The translations under genes and the position numbers were made by a program. DNA of 64,000 bases from Eledone cirrhosa (Eukaryota). The stretch covers positions 15,500,001 through 15,564,000 of the forward strand of contig OZ024755.1 of NCBI GenBank assembly GCA_964016885.1, written 5' to 3'. Shown here piece after piece: positions 47,602 through 60,127 of this stretch (the stretch's first letter is position 1; each line of letters starts with the position of its first letter). The notes below the pieces were generated by a model. It ran no database searches and was not told where the DNA came from. It saw only the letters and a program-made list of their open reading frames with translations.

Positions 47602-48785
47602 AATATATATATATATGGTGTGTGTGTGTGTCTATTTATCTCATTTCCTCTAAATAAATATACACACGTATCTATCTACACACACACACACACACTCGTG
47701 TGTGTGTGCACGCGCGCGCGATTGTATGTGTATCTATCTATATATCTAAGTATCTATGCGCGCGGGATTGACAGAGAGGGATAAAGGTGAGGTGTTAGTA
47801 CCAGAGCCGAGGAAAATGGGGAGAAATTCATCTATAACGCTGAACAATCATTGCATACATGAAATATAATTACTATGTAGTGTTCCATCTAATTATCTCC
47901 TGGACCCCCATTTCCACATAACGGATTCCTATATCCTGAGATACATACATATACACAGAAATAACCGTACACATATATCCAAATATACGCATACATATAT
48001 ACACGTATGAATGTCTATATGTATGTCTATATGTATGTCCATATGTATGCCTATATGTATGCCTATATGTCTGTCTCTCTCTATCTGTATATATATATAT
48101 ATATATATATACATAATATATGTATGCGTATGTATATATATATATATATATACATAATATATGTATGCGTATATATATATATATATATGTTTGAATGTCT
48201 ATAGGTATATGTATGTATATTTGTATCGCTTACTCAGTAAGAAATATGTGTATGTGATTGTTTATGGACTCAAGTTATATGTGTATAATAAATATATATA
48301 TATATATATATACACATATATATAGATGTGCGTGCGCGTGTGTATGTGTTCGGTCTTCCTATCAAACCTGAGTCTTGCGTTTCTACAGAATTCTAAATAT
48401 ACAGTTTTACGTAGCTCATTACATACAGGATGTAATGGCTGATTTGTCAGAGTATGAGAATTTTCACTTCCTTAATTATAATCTAAAATTTACAAGCGCA
48501 AACTTTGTCTCTCGAACACCATCATGTGGCTTCTCTCTACACCACACAGACTGACAGAGCATGCGCAACATCACATATAGAGATGTATCTCAGAATTTGT
48601 GAAAGCTATGCACTAACCTACACACACATTTCTTCTAAATAAATACTAACTTGTACATCCTTTCATACTTCCACACAATAGGATTCTACATGATGTAATT
48701 TGAACAACAACACAAATCTGAATCATGCGTGTCAATGTAATGATACAACTAATAATAATTATATTAATAATATTAATAATAATAG

Positions 48786-48979
48786 TAGGCACAAGGCCAG
48801 TAATTTGGGGTGCAGGGGAAAGTCGAATAAATTGACCCCAGTACGTGACTGCTACTTTATTTTATGGACCCCGTAAAGATGAAAGGCAAAGTTAACCTCG
48901 GCGGGATTTGAATGCAGGATTTGAACACAGGTCGTAAAAGGTTATCCGACGCTTTACCGATACTACCAATCTGCCGGCC
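48786..48979 (-). mobile_element. Family-1 SINE within a (TAA)n tract
   Basis: ggcacaaggccag..gatgaaaggcaaagttaacctcggcgggatttgaa..ccgatacta.caatc. Confidence 0.88.
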
Positions 48980-48989
48980 TAATAATAAT

Positions 48990-49963
48990 AATATAGCAAA
49001 GAAACTCCAAACCGAGGAACTAAACCGTGAATGGAAGGCAAAACCACTACATGGTAGATTCCCAAAACGACTTTCTGACAATGATATCGATCAGCATGGC
49101 TCACTATCCTGGCTGAGAAGTGCTGGTTTGAAAGCAAAGATTCAAAGACTCTTAGTTGCTGCACAAGACCAATCTCTAACACTCGGACCTATAGACACAG
49201 AATAACAATAGGTGGGACTAGCCCTCTATGCAGAATATGCTACAAATACGAAGAAACTGTCGATCATGTTATATCCGGATATCATACAGAAAGATACAAC
49301 CGCATTGCCAAATATGTGCACTGGATGCTCTACCGCTTTTATGCCTTCCAAATCTCTGAAATTGTATGAACATCAACCAAAAACCGTCATAGAAAATGAC
49401 AACATATCCATCTTGTGGGATATGCATATGATAACTGACCGAGAAATCGCTGCCTACAGACCAGATATAAAAAATAAAACAGATCGGATATGTAGCCTTA
49501 TAGATATTTCTGTAACAGCTGAAAAGAATGCACCTGTAAAAACAATGGGAAAACTGTCAAAGCACAAAGACCTGGAAATAGATATCAACCGCATATGGTA
49601 ATAGGATCACTAGGATTAATACCCAAATCATCAGGCCCTCACTTTAGCGTCCTTCCCAGCAAGATCAGCAAATATGAGCTACAGAAGATCGGGCTACAAG
49701 GAACAATTTGATCAGAGCCCCACCAAAGCTAAGTTCACTACCTAAACTCACTGATGTTCCACAGGATGTGGAGGTTATAGTGTCTATACATGGTGATGAT
49801 CGTGTACACCTGTGTTTCCCCAACCACCAAACTCTTGGTCACACTTGCCAACCTATTTTTTAGCACCTTAGCCAAAATCTTAAGGTCTGTTCGCTCCCAC
49901 TCGTCTACTTTAGAGGTTCAGATCGATTAGGGTAGCTGTAAACCTAACAAGATATTAATAATA
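48990..49963 (+). mobile_element. 5'-truncated R4/Dong-type RLE non-LTR retrotransposon
   Basis: WKAKPLHGRF..SLSWLRSAGLK..LLVAAQDQ.L; CRIC..EETVDHVISG (zinc knuckle); YEHQPKTVIEND..ILWD..TDREI..RPDI..LIDISV..K..KHKDL (PD..D..K RLE nuclease); IGSLG. Starts and ends in TAA runs; the 3' boundary is uncertain. Confidence 0.85.
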
Positions 49964-51942
49964 AGTATTTAATTTTTCCTGGAATATTTACCAAAAATAA
50001 CCTGTCAGAGGTATACCATTTTGCTCTCATATTTAACTGTCCAGATTATTTCTTAGATAACTAAGTTAATTTAAAAAGAAATTCGTGGATTACATTATTT
50101 TGTAGTGAAATATACATCCGTTTTGTGTATTTCCACTTAACATTTGTTTGGCTTCCATTAACATAATATCTATATAAGAAACTAAACTAAATAAAACAAT
50201 GGAATCTTATTTAAAATATTTCCTAGATTCAATAAAAGAAAATATATGGTGATAGAGTATAGTTTTATCGTTTCACTGACATTTTTAAAGTAATTATTTT
50301 TCCAAGAAGCATTGTGCTTCGCTTTTTCTTCATTGTATTTTAATGCTGCAATATTTCAATTTATTTTTAAGTTTACACATATGTATTGTTTTCTATTTCA
50401 TTTCAATTTTCCTCCTTTGTTTTATATAATATTGTTTGTTCGAATAAAATATGTGTGTGGGGGGGGGGTCTTTTCTGTCTGTTTTTCTCTATATATCTTC
50501 TTCCAAAATTCGCCTTGGTTTTGTTAATGATACTTTGTATACCGTTTGTCAGAGGAGGAATAATAGTTAATTTTAACTGTAACTTGATATCCACGGTATC
50601 ACTGCTTTCTTGTAGATTTCTTGATTCTTCTATATGTCTTTCAGAAAACCATAAAAGATATTTTGTACGACACGCCATGATTTGTTGAGAGTATAAGTCA
50701 GATTTTACGACTGCCAGCAAGTTTCATCCGATCTGACCAGCACGGTTAATAGAGAAATTGAATTTTGTCTGAGATCGCCTGACTGAAAAAGTAAATTAAC
50801 GAAAAGAAATATTGTCTCCCTCTCAATGTTGAAGGCTTATATTTTCTTATAGGTAATCTGATCTTGTTTACTGCGGTTTGAACCAGTATTTCTCGTATTA
50901 TTTATAGCTGTTGAACATGTACGTAGCATTGATGAACAATCATCTTCCAGTTCCACAAATTGACGACTGGAAACGAAGAAAATAATAAGCACAAGAAGAA
51001 AAATAACAAAAGCGAGCAGGTCGTTCTGGCATTTAATCAATGTAATACACTTAGACTGAGAACTGGGTGGTGTGTGCAAAGGATATATTTTAAGGCTTCT
51101 TAAATGATAGCTTTATCAGGCTAAAGTAACTATAGTGAGACCGCAATAATAACAGATATGTCATTAAGTATCATTTAATCATTTTAGCTGAACTGTTTAT
51201 AATGACAGTGGAGATTGTGTCCTCAGTTAACGTATAACTGTAATATGTTATGCTTCTTCGCGAGGACACTTGATGAAATAACTTAGGAAAATGGTGCAGA
51301 CTTTACAACCATTTGGTGCTAGAATCATTATTCTGTGTCATATGAATTGAATTAATATGTGAAAGGTGCAGCTGGTCAAAGCGTGTTCATTGGAATCCTG
51401 GTCGACGGGTCATCTCTTTCCATTCTTTTACCGATACAGTATCTCCTTTAAAAAGCGACAACAAAATACGATCTGTCCATGGCCGTTTAATTTGACATAG
51501 GCGATATATAGATGTATGAATTACATGACTGAGATTTGTGAGAACGCTGTATAACTAATTAATGTTTCTTTAGTTTTTATTACTGAGAGTGATGGCTTAG
51601 TCGCTAGAACAATATTTCTGTTCCGTACCTTCCGAGTTCAAATCACGATCAAGGCAAATCTGATGTTCATCCTTCCGGGATTATTAAAGGAAAATATTAA
51701 ATTAAGTACTGTGTGGATTTAATGAGCTGGCAATTTTCTAAGCGTGGGCCCATATTAGAATCTAGTATCTAAACTCTTTCAGGGACTAAAACGTATGATT
51801 AAGTGAGCTAGTAATTCTGCGTAGCTTAGAGCTTCAGAAATTAGGATAAGCGGCTCTAAATAATATATTTCACCAAGCATTTCTCCGACTCTTTAACGAC
51901 ACTGACAATACACCTTTCTTTTACTATTCATAATGGCTTCGG

Positions 51943-52103
51943 ATTTAGGCACAAGGCCAACACTTTTGGAGGAGGGGATAGTCGATTAAATCAACCCCAG
52001 TGCGTTACTGGTACATTATTTTATGCTCCTGTAAGGATGAAGGCAAAACTAACTTCGGTGAGATTTGAACTCAGAACGTAACTATACTGCCAGTTCACCA
52101 CCC
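51943..52103 (-). mobile_element. Family-1 SINE, degenerate
   Basis: ggcacaaggcca..gtcgattaaatc.accccagt..actggtac..aggatgaaggcaaa..gatttgaactcagaacg. Further degenerate copies near 7150, 44860, 51590, 52525, 52845 and 62900. Confidence 0.8.
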
Positions 52104-54344
52104 TCATGTTATTGATTTTTCATAGCAAATGTATCTCAATCACCTTTTTACTATTTAATATTTCATTTTATTCTTCTTATAGGAAGGTTTTTTTTTTCTG
52201 GTTTCATTCTCAACAGATGTTTTATGTCCTACAACCAAACTAATGGTAAGAGATTTATTGCTGCTACTCAGCACTGTCGAATATCAAGGGAAATAAATAG
52301 GGGGTTTAGAAACCTTACAAAAGGCATGGATAAAGTGTGACATGTCCAGACAAACAATTTTAAGATTTATTAGAAGAAATAAAACCAATTATCATTTAAA
52401 CCATTCGTTACCATAATTCTAACAAAAAAACTTGCATGTGATTTTCAAACCATTTTGAAAATACACAAACATTTAAATGCATTGAGTGATATAACTAAAT
52501 TTCTCATTATCTATCTAGTATTTGAGGGCCGTAGATTGGTAGTATCGTTAGTGCATCGGGCAATATACTTCACAACATAGAGTTACGGCCCTTTACACCA
52601 GTGTGCCTAAATCAGAAACCATTATTAATTTAATAATTGGGACATAATATTCGTACATATCATTATTATGGAAGTTATTATTATTATTATTAGACAAATA
52701 AAAATATTCTATAATAAACACTTTTGTATCATAGGACGAGTGCTGGTGTCATATGGTTTCTTAGAGTTAAAGCATCGAGGATGTGTCATACACTTGCAAA
52801 AAATTATGTTACTTACTTTTAGTTTCTTTTTAGGAATTGATCCCAGGACTGGTTTGGTACTTTATTTATCAACCTCGAAAAGGTAATAAGCAGAGTTGAG
52901 CTTGGTGGGATTTCAATTAAGAGTGCAATGCACAGAAAAAATACCGATGCATTTCTTTAATTCGCCGCTGTAACGAACTGCCAATTCGCCGCATATTATG
53001 ATTACTAAATAGCAGAAGACATATTTACACTATGACTCTATTTGTCATATTTAGCTGGCAAAAATGAGATGGATTATGTATCAATGGAACTTCCCAGGAG
53101 GGAGTTCTACTCTATCCGACAACACGTTAAGAAAACGAAATACAAAATCTGAAGTTAGTATAAGTTCGGTATAACAATAGAGGTGAATTGGAAGAAAAAT
53201 GTGAAGAAAAATCAAACTGCAATATTTTGACCGCTGTAGATATTTAATAAATGTATGACTCACACTATATTTTCTTTTGAGGAGTGAATGTTGAATATAG
53301 AAGTGTGTTTCTATTAGATATAGTTGAGGACAGCTGAAACCAACTGTTCTTTGTGTAGCACAAAACTATTTCCTAAACAATAGTGAGCTAGCAAGAAAGA
53401 AAAATCGTTTATACAAATACCAGAAAGAAATAAAAACAAAATGGCTTGCAAAGCAGGTGAAAAATAAAATTGTTTGTAATGGAATGGACACCAAAGTATG
53501 ATAAAAAATATATATATACAGTGGATGGGGGACTGAACGAAAAGAAAAGAAATATTTTGATCTGAACTAATAGATAATTAATAATATGAACCGAAATCCG
53601 ATCAATGAATGAGAAATTACTGCCGTGCAATATTAATGTTTCGAACCTTTGTTGATAATGAGTGAATCAATGGCGAACAGTGGCTCTTTTAATAGGGTCG
53701 TTATTATAACATTCGGAGTAAGAATTTAACAATTTATGTAAATGCACACAAGCTTCATAGAAAAATATAAGATTTCGTTTTGTTGCTGGCTCGTGTTATT
53801 TTCTATTTTCGTCATTGTAAATTTGTTTTCTCACTTTTTGGTTAGATCTTTTATTATTATATTTCTCGCTTCAAAGTAGATTTATTGAACATGTTACTAT
53901 TCTCTATCAAAGCACGCACGGAAGAGTTATGGTGACTGCAACATAAGGTTTTCATTCCGTTTTAAAATTTAACTCCGCTTGTTTTGGAAACAAAATATGT
54001 ATTTCAAACAAAGCTCATTGTTCATACATCAATCTGTTTGCTATTTTTTATTTTATTTAGTTGTACTTTGTTTTAACTACCACTCTCCCTATACACTTCT
54101 TTGTGTGGCTTCTTAAAAACATAGCCTTTTTAGTAACGTTTTTTTTCATAACTTGGTACAAACATGAAACAATTCTCCTCAATTACTCCTCGAACCTATA
54201 GAGAAATATCAACTATCTGACAGGGGGGTTCCTTGCTCTAGCGTGTTCGACTCACAGCTACATTAGATATCTGTCAGAGTGGATACAAATGCCTTTCATT
54301 TGTAATAAATCAAAAATAAACTGGTCTCATTGTCTTCCACATAG

Positions 54345-54565
54345 AGGTGGGGGATTGACACTATTGGTAGAGCGTCGGACAACATGCTTTGTGACATATA
54401 ATTACGTCCCTTTATGTTCTGAATTTAAATCCCGCAGAGGCTAACTTTGCCTTTTATCCTTATGGGTTCGATACAATAAAGTACCTGTAATGTACTCGGA
54501 TCGCTTTAATCTACTTTCCTCTCTCCAACAATGTTTGGCCTTGTGCCCAAATCAGAAACCATTAT
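54345..54565 (+). mobile_element. Family-1 SINE, full length, diverged
   Basis: ggattg.ca.tat.ggtagagcgtcggac..aaatcccgcagagg.taactttgccttt..ggccttgtgcc. Confidence 0.87.
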
Positions 54566-55162
54566 CCTCTACATAGGAACGAATAGGCGTTGTAGAAATA
54601 AAAATATCATCAACAAAATTAAAACTCGAAAGTCGACAAATACTTTCCTAATACCAACTACAACACTTACAATGTCTGAATTGCTAACTGTTATAAACAT
54701 ATTAGAAGCAGGTGTAACACATCGACTACATTCCAAACAACACAATCTACATGATCCAGTAACAACAACAAGACAAAAATATCTAAAACATCAAACACAA
54801 TGCAGCGATAGTAGGAAATATAACAAAAGTTGTCGTTCCCAAACACGTTCTCAGGGAATGAATTTGTAATCTGAAAATAGTTGACATTCTAACATGAAAA
54901 CATTGGTTGTCTTCAATTGTTTGAATATTGTATTGTCGACTTCTTTGAAGTTCAATTACATTCGCTGTTCTGGCGTGGCATCTATGACAGAATAATCAAT
55001 CAAATGCCTGGATCGATTACAAACAAAAGAATCGATACTAGAAATAACAACGTTCCGTTTTAATTTGTTTGAACGTTTTAACGAGTCATTACCATATGGT
55101 CTTGCACATCTATTTAATATATGCGTTATTTTTGTGTAGTTGTATACAGGTATATATGTACA

Positions 55163-55213
<51 letters not shown>

Positions 55214-55218
<5 letters not shown>

Positions 55219-55406
55219 AACGAGTAGGACCCCGACGGCTGAGCTCAAGCCGTTTCGACGGCTAATTCGCTAATGAATTAGCCGTAGAAACGGCTTGAAC
55301 TCAGCCATCGGGGTCCTACTCGTTCCTATTACCCACTCTACGACGCTAAGTATTGAGTACTTTGGTGCGTTATGCTCCACCTGGTTCCTTACCACATTTC
55401 CTTCGT

Positions 55407-55410
<4 letters not shown>
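55214..55410 (+). mobile_element. Palindrome-headed approx. 190-bp element, copy 2
   Basis: Arms 55214-55268 and 55275-55329 (52/55 match), loop gctaat; same tail as copy 1. Confidence 0.88.
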
Positions 55411-55440
<30 letters not shown>

Positions 55441-55479
55441 AAGAGAGAGAAATAGAGAGAGAGAGAGAGATATAGAAAG

Positions 55480-55625
55480 GATAAAAAGGACGATTGATTA
55501 TTCCTTCATTGCATTTATTGATAGGTGACGCGCGTTTCGCCACTGATCAGCTCAAGGTTCTATCTATATCGATCCTACCCGACTCAATAATCGGCAGCTC
55601 GACGGACCCTCTTAAAATGCTATTT
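55480..55625 (-). mobile_element. pLTR-like island with partial hammerhead motif
   Basis: Minus strand reads ctgatca-gtggc-GAAAC-gcgc-GTC-acctatc-AATAAA: palindromic stem III and GUC site, non-canonical 5' core. Confidence 0.4.
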
Positions 55626-55947
55626 TAAAATATATATATACATACTATATATACATACTATATATATATATACATACTATATATACAACATATATATATA
55701 TACACATACTATATACACATACTATATATATACATACTATATATACATACACATACTATCTATATATATATACATACTATATATATATACTATATATATA
55801 TATATACACATACTATATACACATACTATATATATACATACTATATATACATACACATACTATCTATATATATATACATACTATATATATATACTATATA
55901 TATATATATATATCCAGGGTGTGTAACTAGGAGTTACTGCAGGTTCC

Positions 55948-55992
55948 AGTCACTAAAGAGGTCACAGAATGTGTGACGAAAGAACTTTGACA
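55948..55992 (+). ncRNA. Hammerhead motif, copy 2 of the 26086 family (core mutated)
   Basis: gtca-CTAAAGA-g-gtcaca(gaatg)tgtgac-GAAA-g(aa)c-TT-tgac; G-to-A change in the CUGA core. Confidence 0.7.
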
Positions 55993-56044
55993 ATATATAA
56001 ACAACAATCTGGTTGTGGAACCAACCAACCAACCAGAAATTTAT

Positions 56045-56173
56045 AATAGTGTATATATATATAGTGTATATATATATATATATATATATATAGTGTATAT
56101 ATATATATATATATATATAGTGTATATATATATATATATATATATCGTGTATATATATATATATATATATATA

Positions 56174-56217
<44 letters not shown>

Positions 56218-56975
56218 TATATATATATATATATATAGTGTATATATATATATATATATAGTGTATATATATATATATATATAGTGTATATATATATATA
56301 TATATAGTGTATATATATATATATATATATATAGTGTATATATATATATATATAGTGTATATATATATATATATATATAGTGTATATATATATATATAGT
56401 GTGTATATATATATAGTTTATATATATATAGTGTGTATATATATATATAGTGTATATATATATATATAGTGTATATATATATAGTGTGTATATATATAGT
56501 GTGTATATATAGATATAGTGTGTATATATAGATATAGTGTATATATATATATATATATATAGTGTATATATATATATATATAGTGTATATATATATATAT
56601 ATATATAGTGTATATATATATATAGTGTATATATATATATATATAGTGTATATATATATATATATATATAGTGTATATATATATATATAGTGTATATATA
56701 TATATATAGTGTATATATATATATATATATAGTGTATATATATATATATATATATAGTATATATATATATATATATATAGTATATATATATATATATATA
56801 TAGTATATATATATATATATATATAGTATATATATATAGTGTGTATATATATATATATATATATATAGTATATATATATAGTGTGTATATATATATATAT
56901 ATATATATAGTATATATATATATGTATGTATGTATGTATATATATATATATGTATAGTATACATATGTATGTATG
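56045..56975. repeat. (TA)n array with tagtg interruptions
   Basis: Direct reading. Confidence 0.95.
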
Positions 56976-57772
56976 TGTCATTGTGGGCTATTTTATTATT
57001 TGTGTATACAAGTATACACGAGTTTCTCAGTATGTGTGTCTTTATAAATGCGTGTTTACGTTTTTGATACATTTTATATTAGCACATCGACCACCAAGTG
57101 TTTGCTCTGTTTAACCTGATAACACCACCTGATGTGTGAGTAAATGAAGATAATTTTCCTAATACATTCAAGCAAGCAATTGTTGATTTGAAAAATATAT
57201 GCAAGCAAAGCTGTTTCGATTGAAACCTTTCAAGGATAATTTAGTATCTGATGGTATTTCTTAATTGTTTAATATAACGAAAAAAAATGTATAAATAAAA
57301 TGTTTTAACTGACGCAAAATAATTCTGGCAGACAGTGTTTGTTTGATAGAGGTGGTATTTTACCAGAACACTACAAAATTTATGTAACAAGGTCATAATC
57401 ATGAAAGGAATTTAAAGTTAATATGAGAATAATTTACGTAGCATTTTTTAGAGATTTACACATTGCCAAAATGATATATCATCTACCCATATCAGATCGA
57501 AAAGTAATATATATTATTAACTTATAAGCAACCTCAGCCGTTAAATTCAACAACACCAATATTTTTTGTCAATGATTTTGCAGGACTTCAAATTTGATTA
57601 TATCTTATTTCATAAGTAAATTTCAGCATTGGAGAAATGTGATAATTTCAGCATATATTAATCACAGGGGGCCGTAGAGCAAATAACGCCGAGCTGTAGT
57701 ATATATCAGAAACTTCTAATCAAGATATATATTTTTATACGAAATAGTTTCCAATTCTTCGATGTAGACAAA

Positions 57773-57963
57773 ATAATTGTTTCTATTTTAGGCACAAGCC
57801 CAGCAATTACCCAGTGCATTACTGGGACTTTATTTTTATCGACCCTGTAAGGATGAAAGGCAAAGTCAACCTCGGCGGGATTTGAACTCAGATCGTAAAG
57901 GGACGTAACTATGCTGGAAAGCATGGCGTCCGACCCTCTGCCGATACTGCCAATCCACCGCCC
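57773..57963 (-). mobile_element. Full-length family-1 SINE
   Basis: Reverse complement closely matches 47127-47318. Confidence 0.92.
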
Positions 57964-58026
57964 TAGACGCGAGACAAAATAATGTAGACAAAATAATAAA
58001 TAGAAATAAACATATATACATGTATG

Positions 58027-58062
<36 letters not shown>

Positions 58063-58235
58063 CGTGTGTATAATGTTATATATATATATGTGTGTGTGTA
58101 TACATATATATATATATATAAATGTGCATATATACATAGGTATATGCATAAATATGTGTATATATATTTATGCATATACCTATGTATATACATACAAAGA
58201 TGTGTATATACATACATCTATATATATATATGTAT

Positions 58236-58278
<43 letters not shown>

Positions 58279-58293
58279 TATATAAAATTATTT

Positions 58294-58324
<31 letters not shown>

Positions 58325-58454
58325 CATACACACATATATATATATATATAAAATGATATACACACACACATATATATATATATATACATACACACATATA
58401 TATATATATAAAATCATATAGACACACACATATATATATATATATACATACACA

Positions 58455-58491
<37 letters not shown>

Positions 58492-58723
58492 CATACACAC
58501 ACACACACACACACACACATAGGTATATATGCCTAGATACACATATATGCATGAGAGGAAGAAGAAAACGTACAATTGCAACACGAAGGACAGCAATATC
58601 ACTCGTCAGCCAACAAAGTGGTACAAATGTCTTTGATTTCATACTCTCTCCCTCTCACTGGGTATATACATGGTGTGTGTATGTATGGGTGTGTGTATGT
58701 ATGGGTATATATATATATATACG

Positions 58724-58759
<36 letters not shown>

Positions 58760-59209
58760 GTGTGTGTATGGGTGTATATATATATTTGTGTAGTGTGTGC
58801 GGTGTGTTTGTGTGTGTGCGCGTGTGTAATTATGTATATTTATGTATATATATATATATAACTTTTTTATACATAAGTATATAGGTAGATGGTGGATGAA
58901 TCCATAATAGTTTCTAATTCTACCATACAACATTCTTTGGCGGCCTCAGTTTTTCTTTATCTTAAAATTGGAGGGATGTTTATCTTTCACCTGATGCCAA
59001 TTTGTTCAGATGACTGGATTAAGATAATATAAGCTGAATGATTGTTGAAGTTGCTCGGGGGTGGATTACTCCGCGTTCATATATCAACAATATTTAATAA
59101 TTTGTTAGCCATACGTCACTAGAAGATACAGCAAATGGTGAACTATATGTGTTATATTGTGAATATTAGGATCTTCTTCATCTACTTATTCCTGAAAGGG
59201 TTGTAGGAA

Positions 59210-59300
59210 AAGAGTCCTCATATACTCCTTCCAGCGGGAACTGTCAGAAGCAACCGTCTCCCATTTATCAGGCTGGATCCCTAAGTGAGAGCAGCCGAAC
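59210..59300 (-). mobile_element. Small RTE-type ORF C-terminal fragment
   Basis: LGIQPDKWETVASDSSRWK resembles the I..D.WE..A.DR..WR motif at the end of RTE ORFs. Confidence 0.5.
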
Positions 59301-59397
59301 TCATGTGTTATCCAACCATTTTGTTCGGGGTCCAAACCTGATTTCAAAAACAATTTTGAAAAAACAGTAGGGCGAAGCTCTGAGCTTATCATTGATA

Positions 59398-59610
59398 AGA
59401 AATATTAACATGCAAGTAGTTGAGCATTCAATACTGTTGTGTACATTTTAACGTAGACTCAGCGTGACAAATTGTGTGACAAATCTATGAATTACAGATG
59501 AAAAGTGGATTGGAGAAACCTGATATAAAGTACCTTGCTCAAGGGCACAACCTGCCTCCAGGAAACGGACTCATGACCTTACGATCTGAACCAACAACCC
59601 TAGCCACTAA
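59398..59610 (-). mobile_element. Old SINE (family 3), internally deleted
   Basis: aagt.ccttgctcaagg.cacaac..actca.gaccttacgatc..accctagccacta (reversed tRNA-like head). Body attaacat..ag..gttga.catt..ttaa.gtag..cag.gt..tgtgtgacaa is shared with about 62080-62185. Confidence 0.55.
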
Positions 59611-60094
59611 TATATGAATATACATATGCCTACTCATAGAAAGACATATATATATAATCTAAACGTTCATAATTTGCGCTGTAGTAAATGAAAGTATATA
59701 AATGTAGATATTACATTAGCATCAGATTATATATGTATTCGTGTGTATATGAAGGTAATTGTAGGCATGTACATATATACATATATGAACGAGCTGCATA
59801 TAGTAATTAAACATATATCGCTAAAACTGTCCAGATGCCCAAAATGGCCGACCAAAGACTTTTGTTCAGCTGCATGTTTTAGTCTATAACTATCGTGTGT
59901 ATTGCAACTAATTTCAAATGTTGATGCCCATAAAAACACATTATTTTATTTTATTACTGATTCAGTCTATATTCTCGTTTACAGAATGACATATACGAAT
60001 AAACACATGCTATATATATATATATATATATATATGAATGTATATGTTTGTTTGTTTGTTTCACATATATAACATATACATATATATATATATT

Positions 60095-60127
<33 letters not shown>

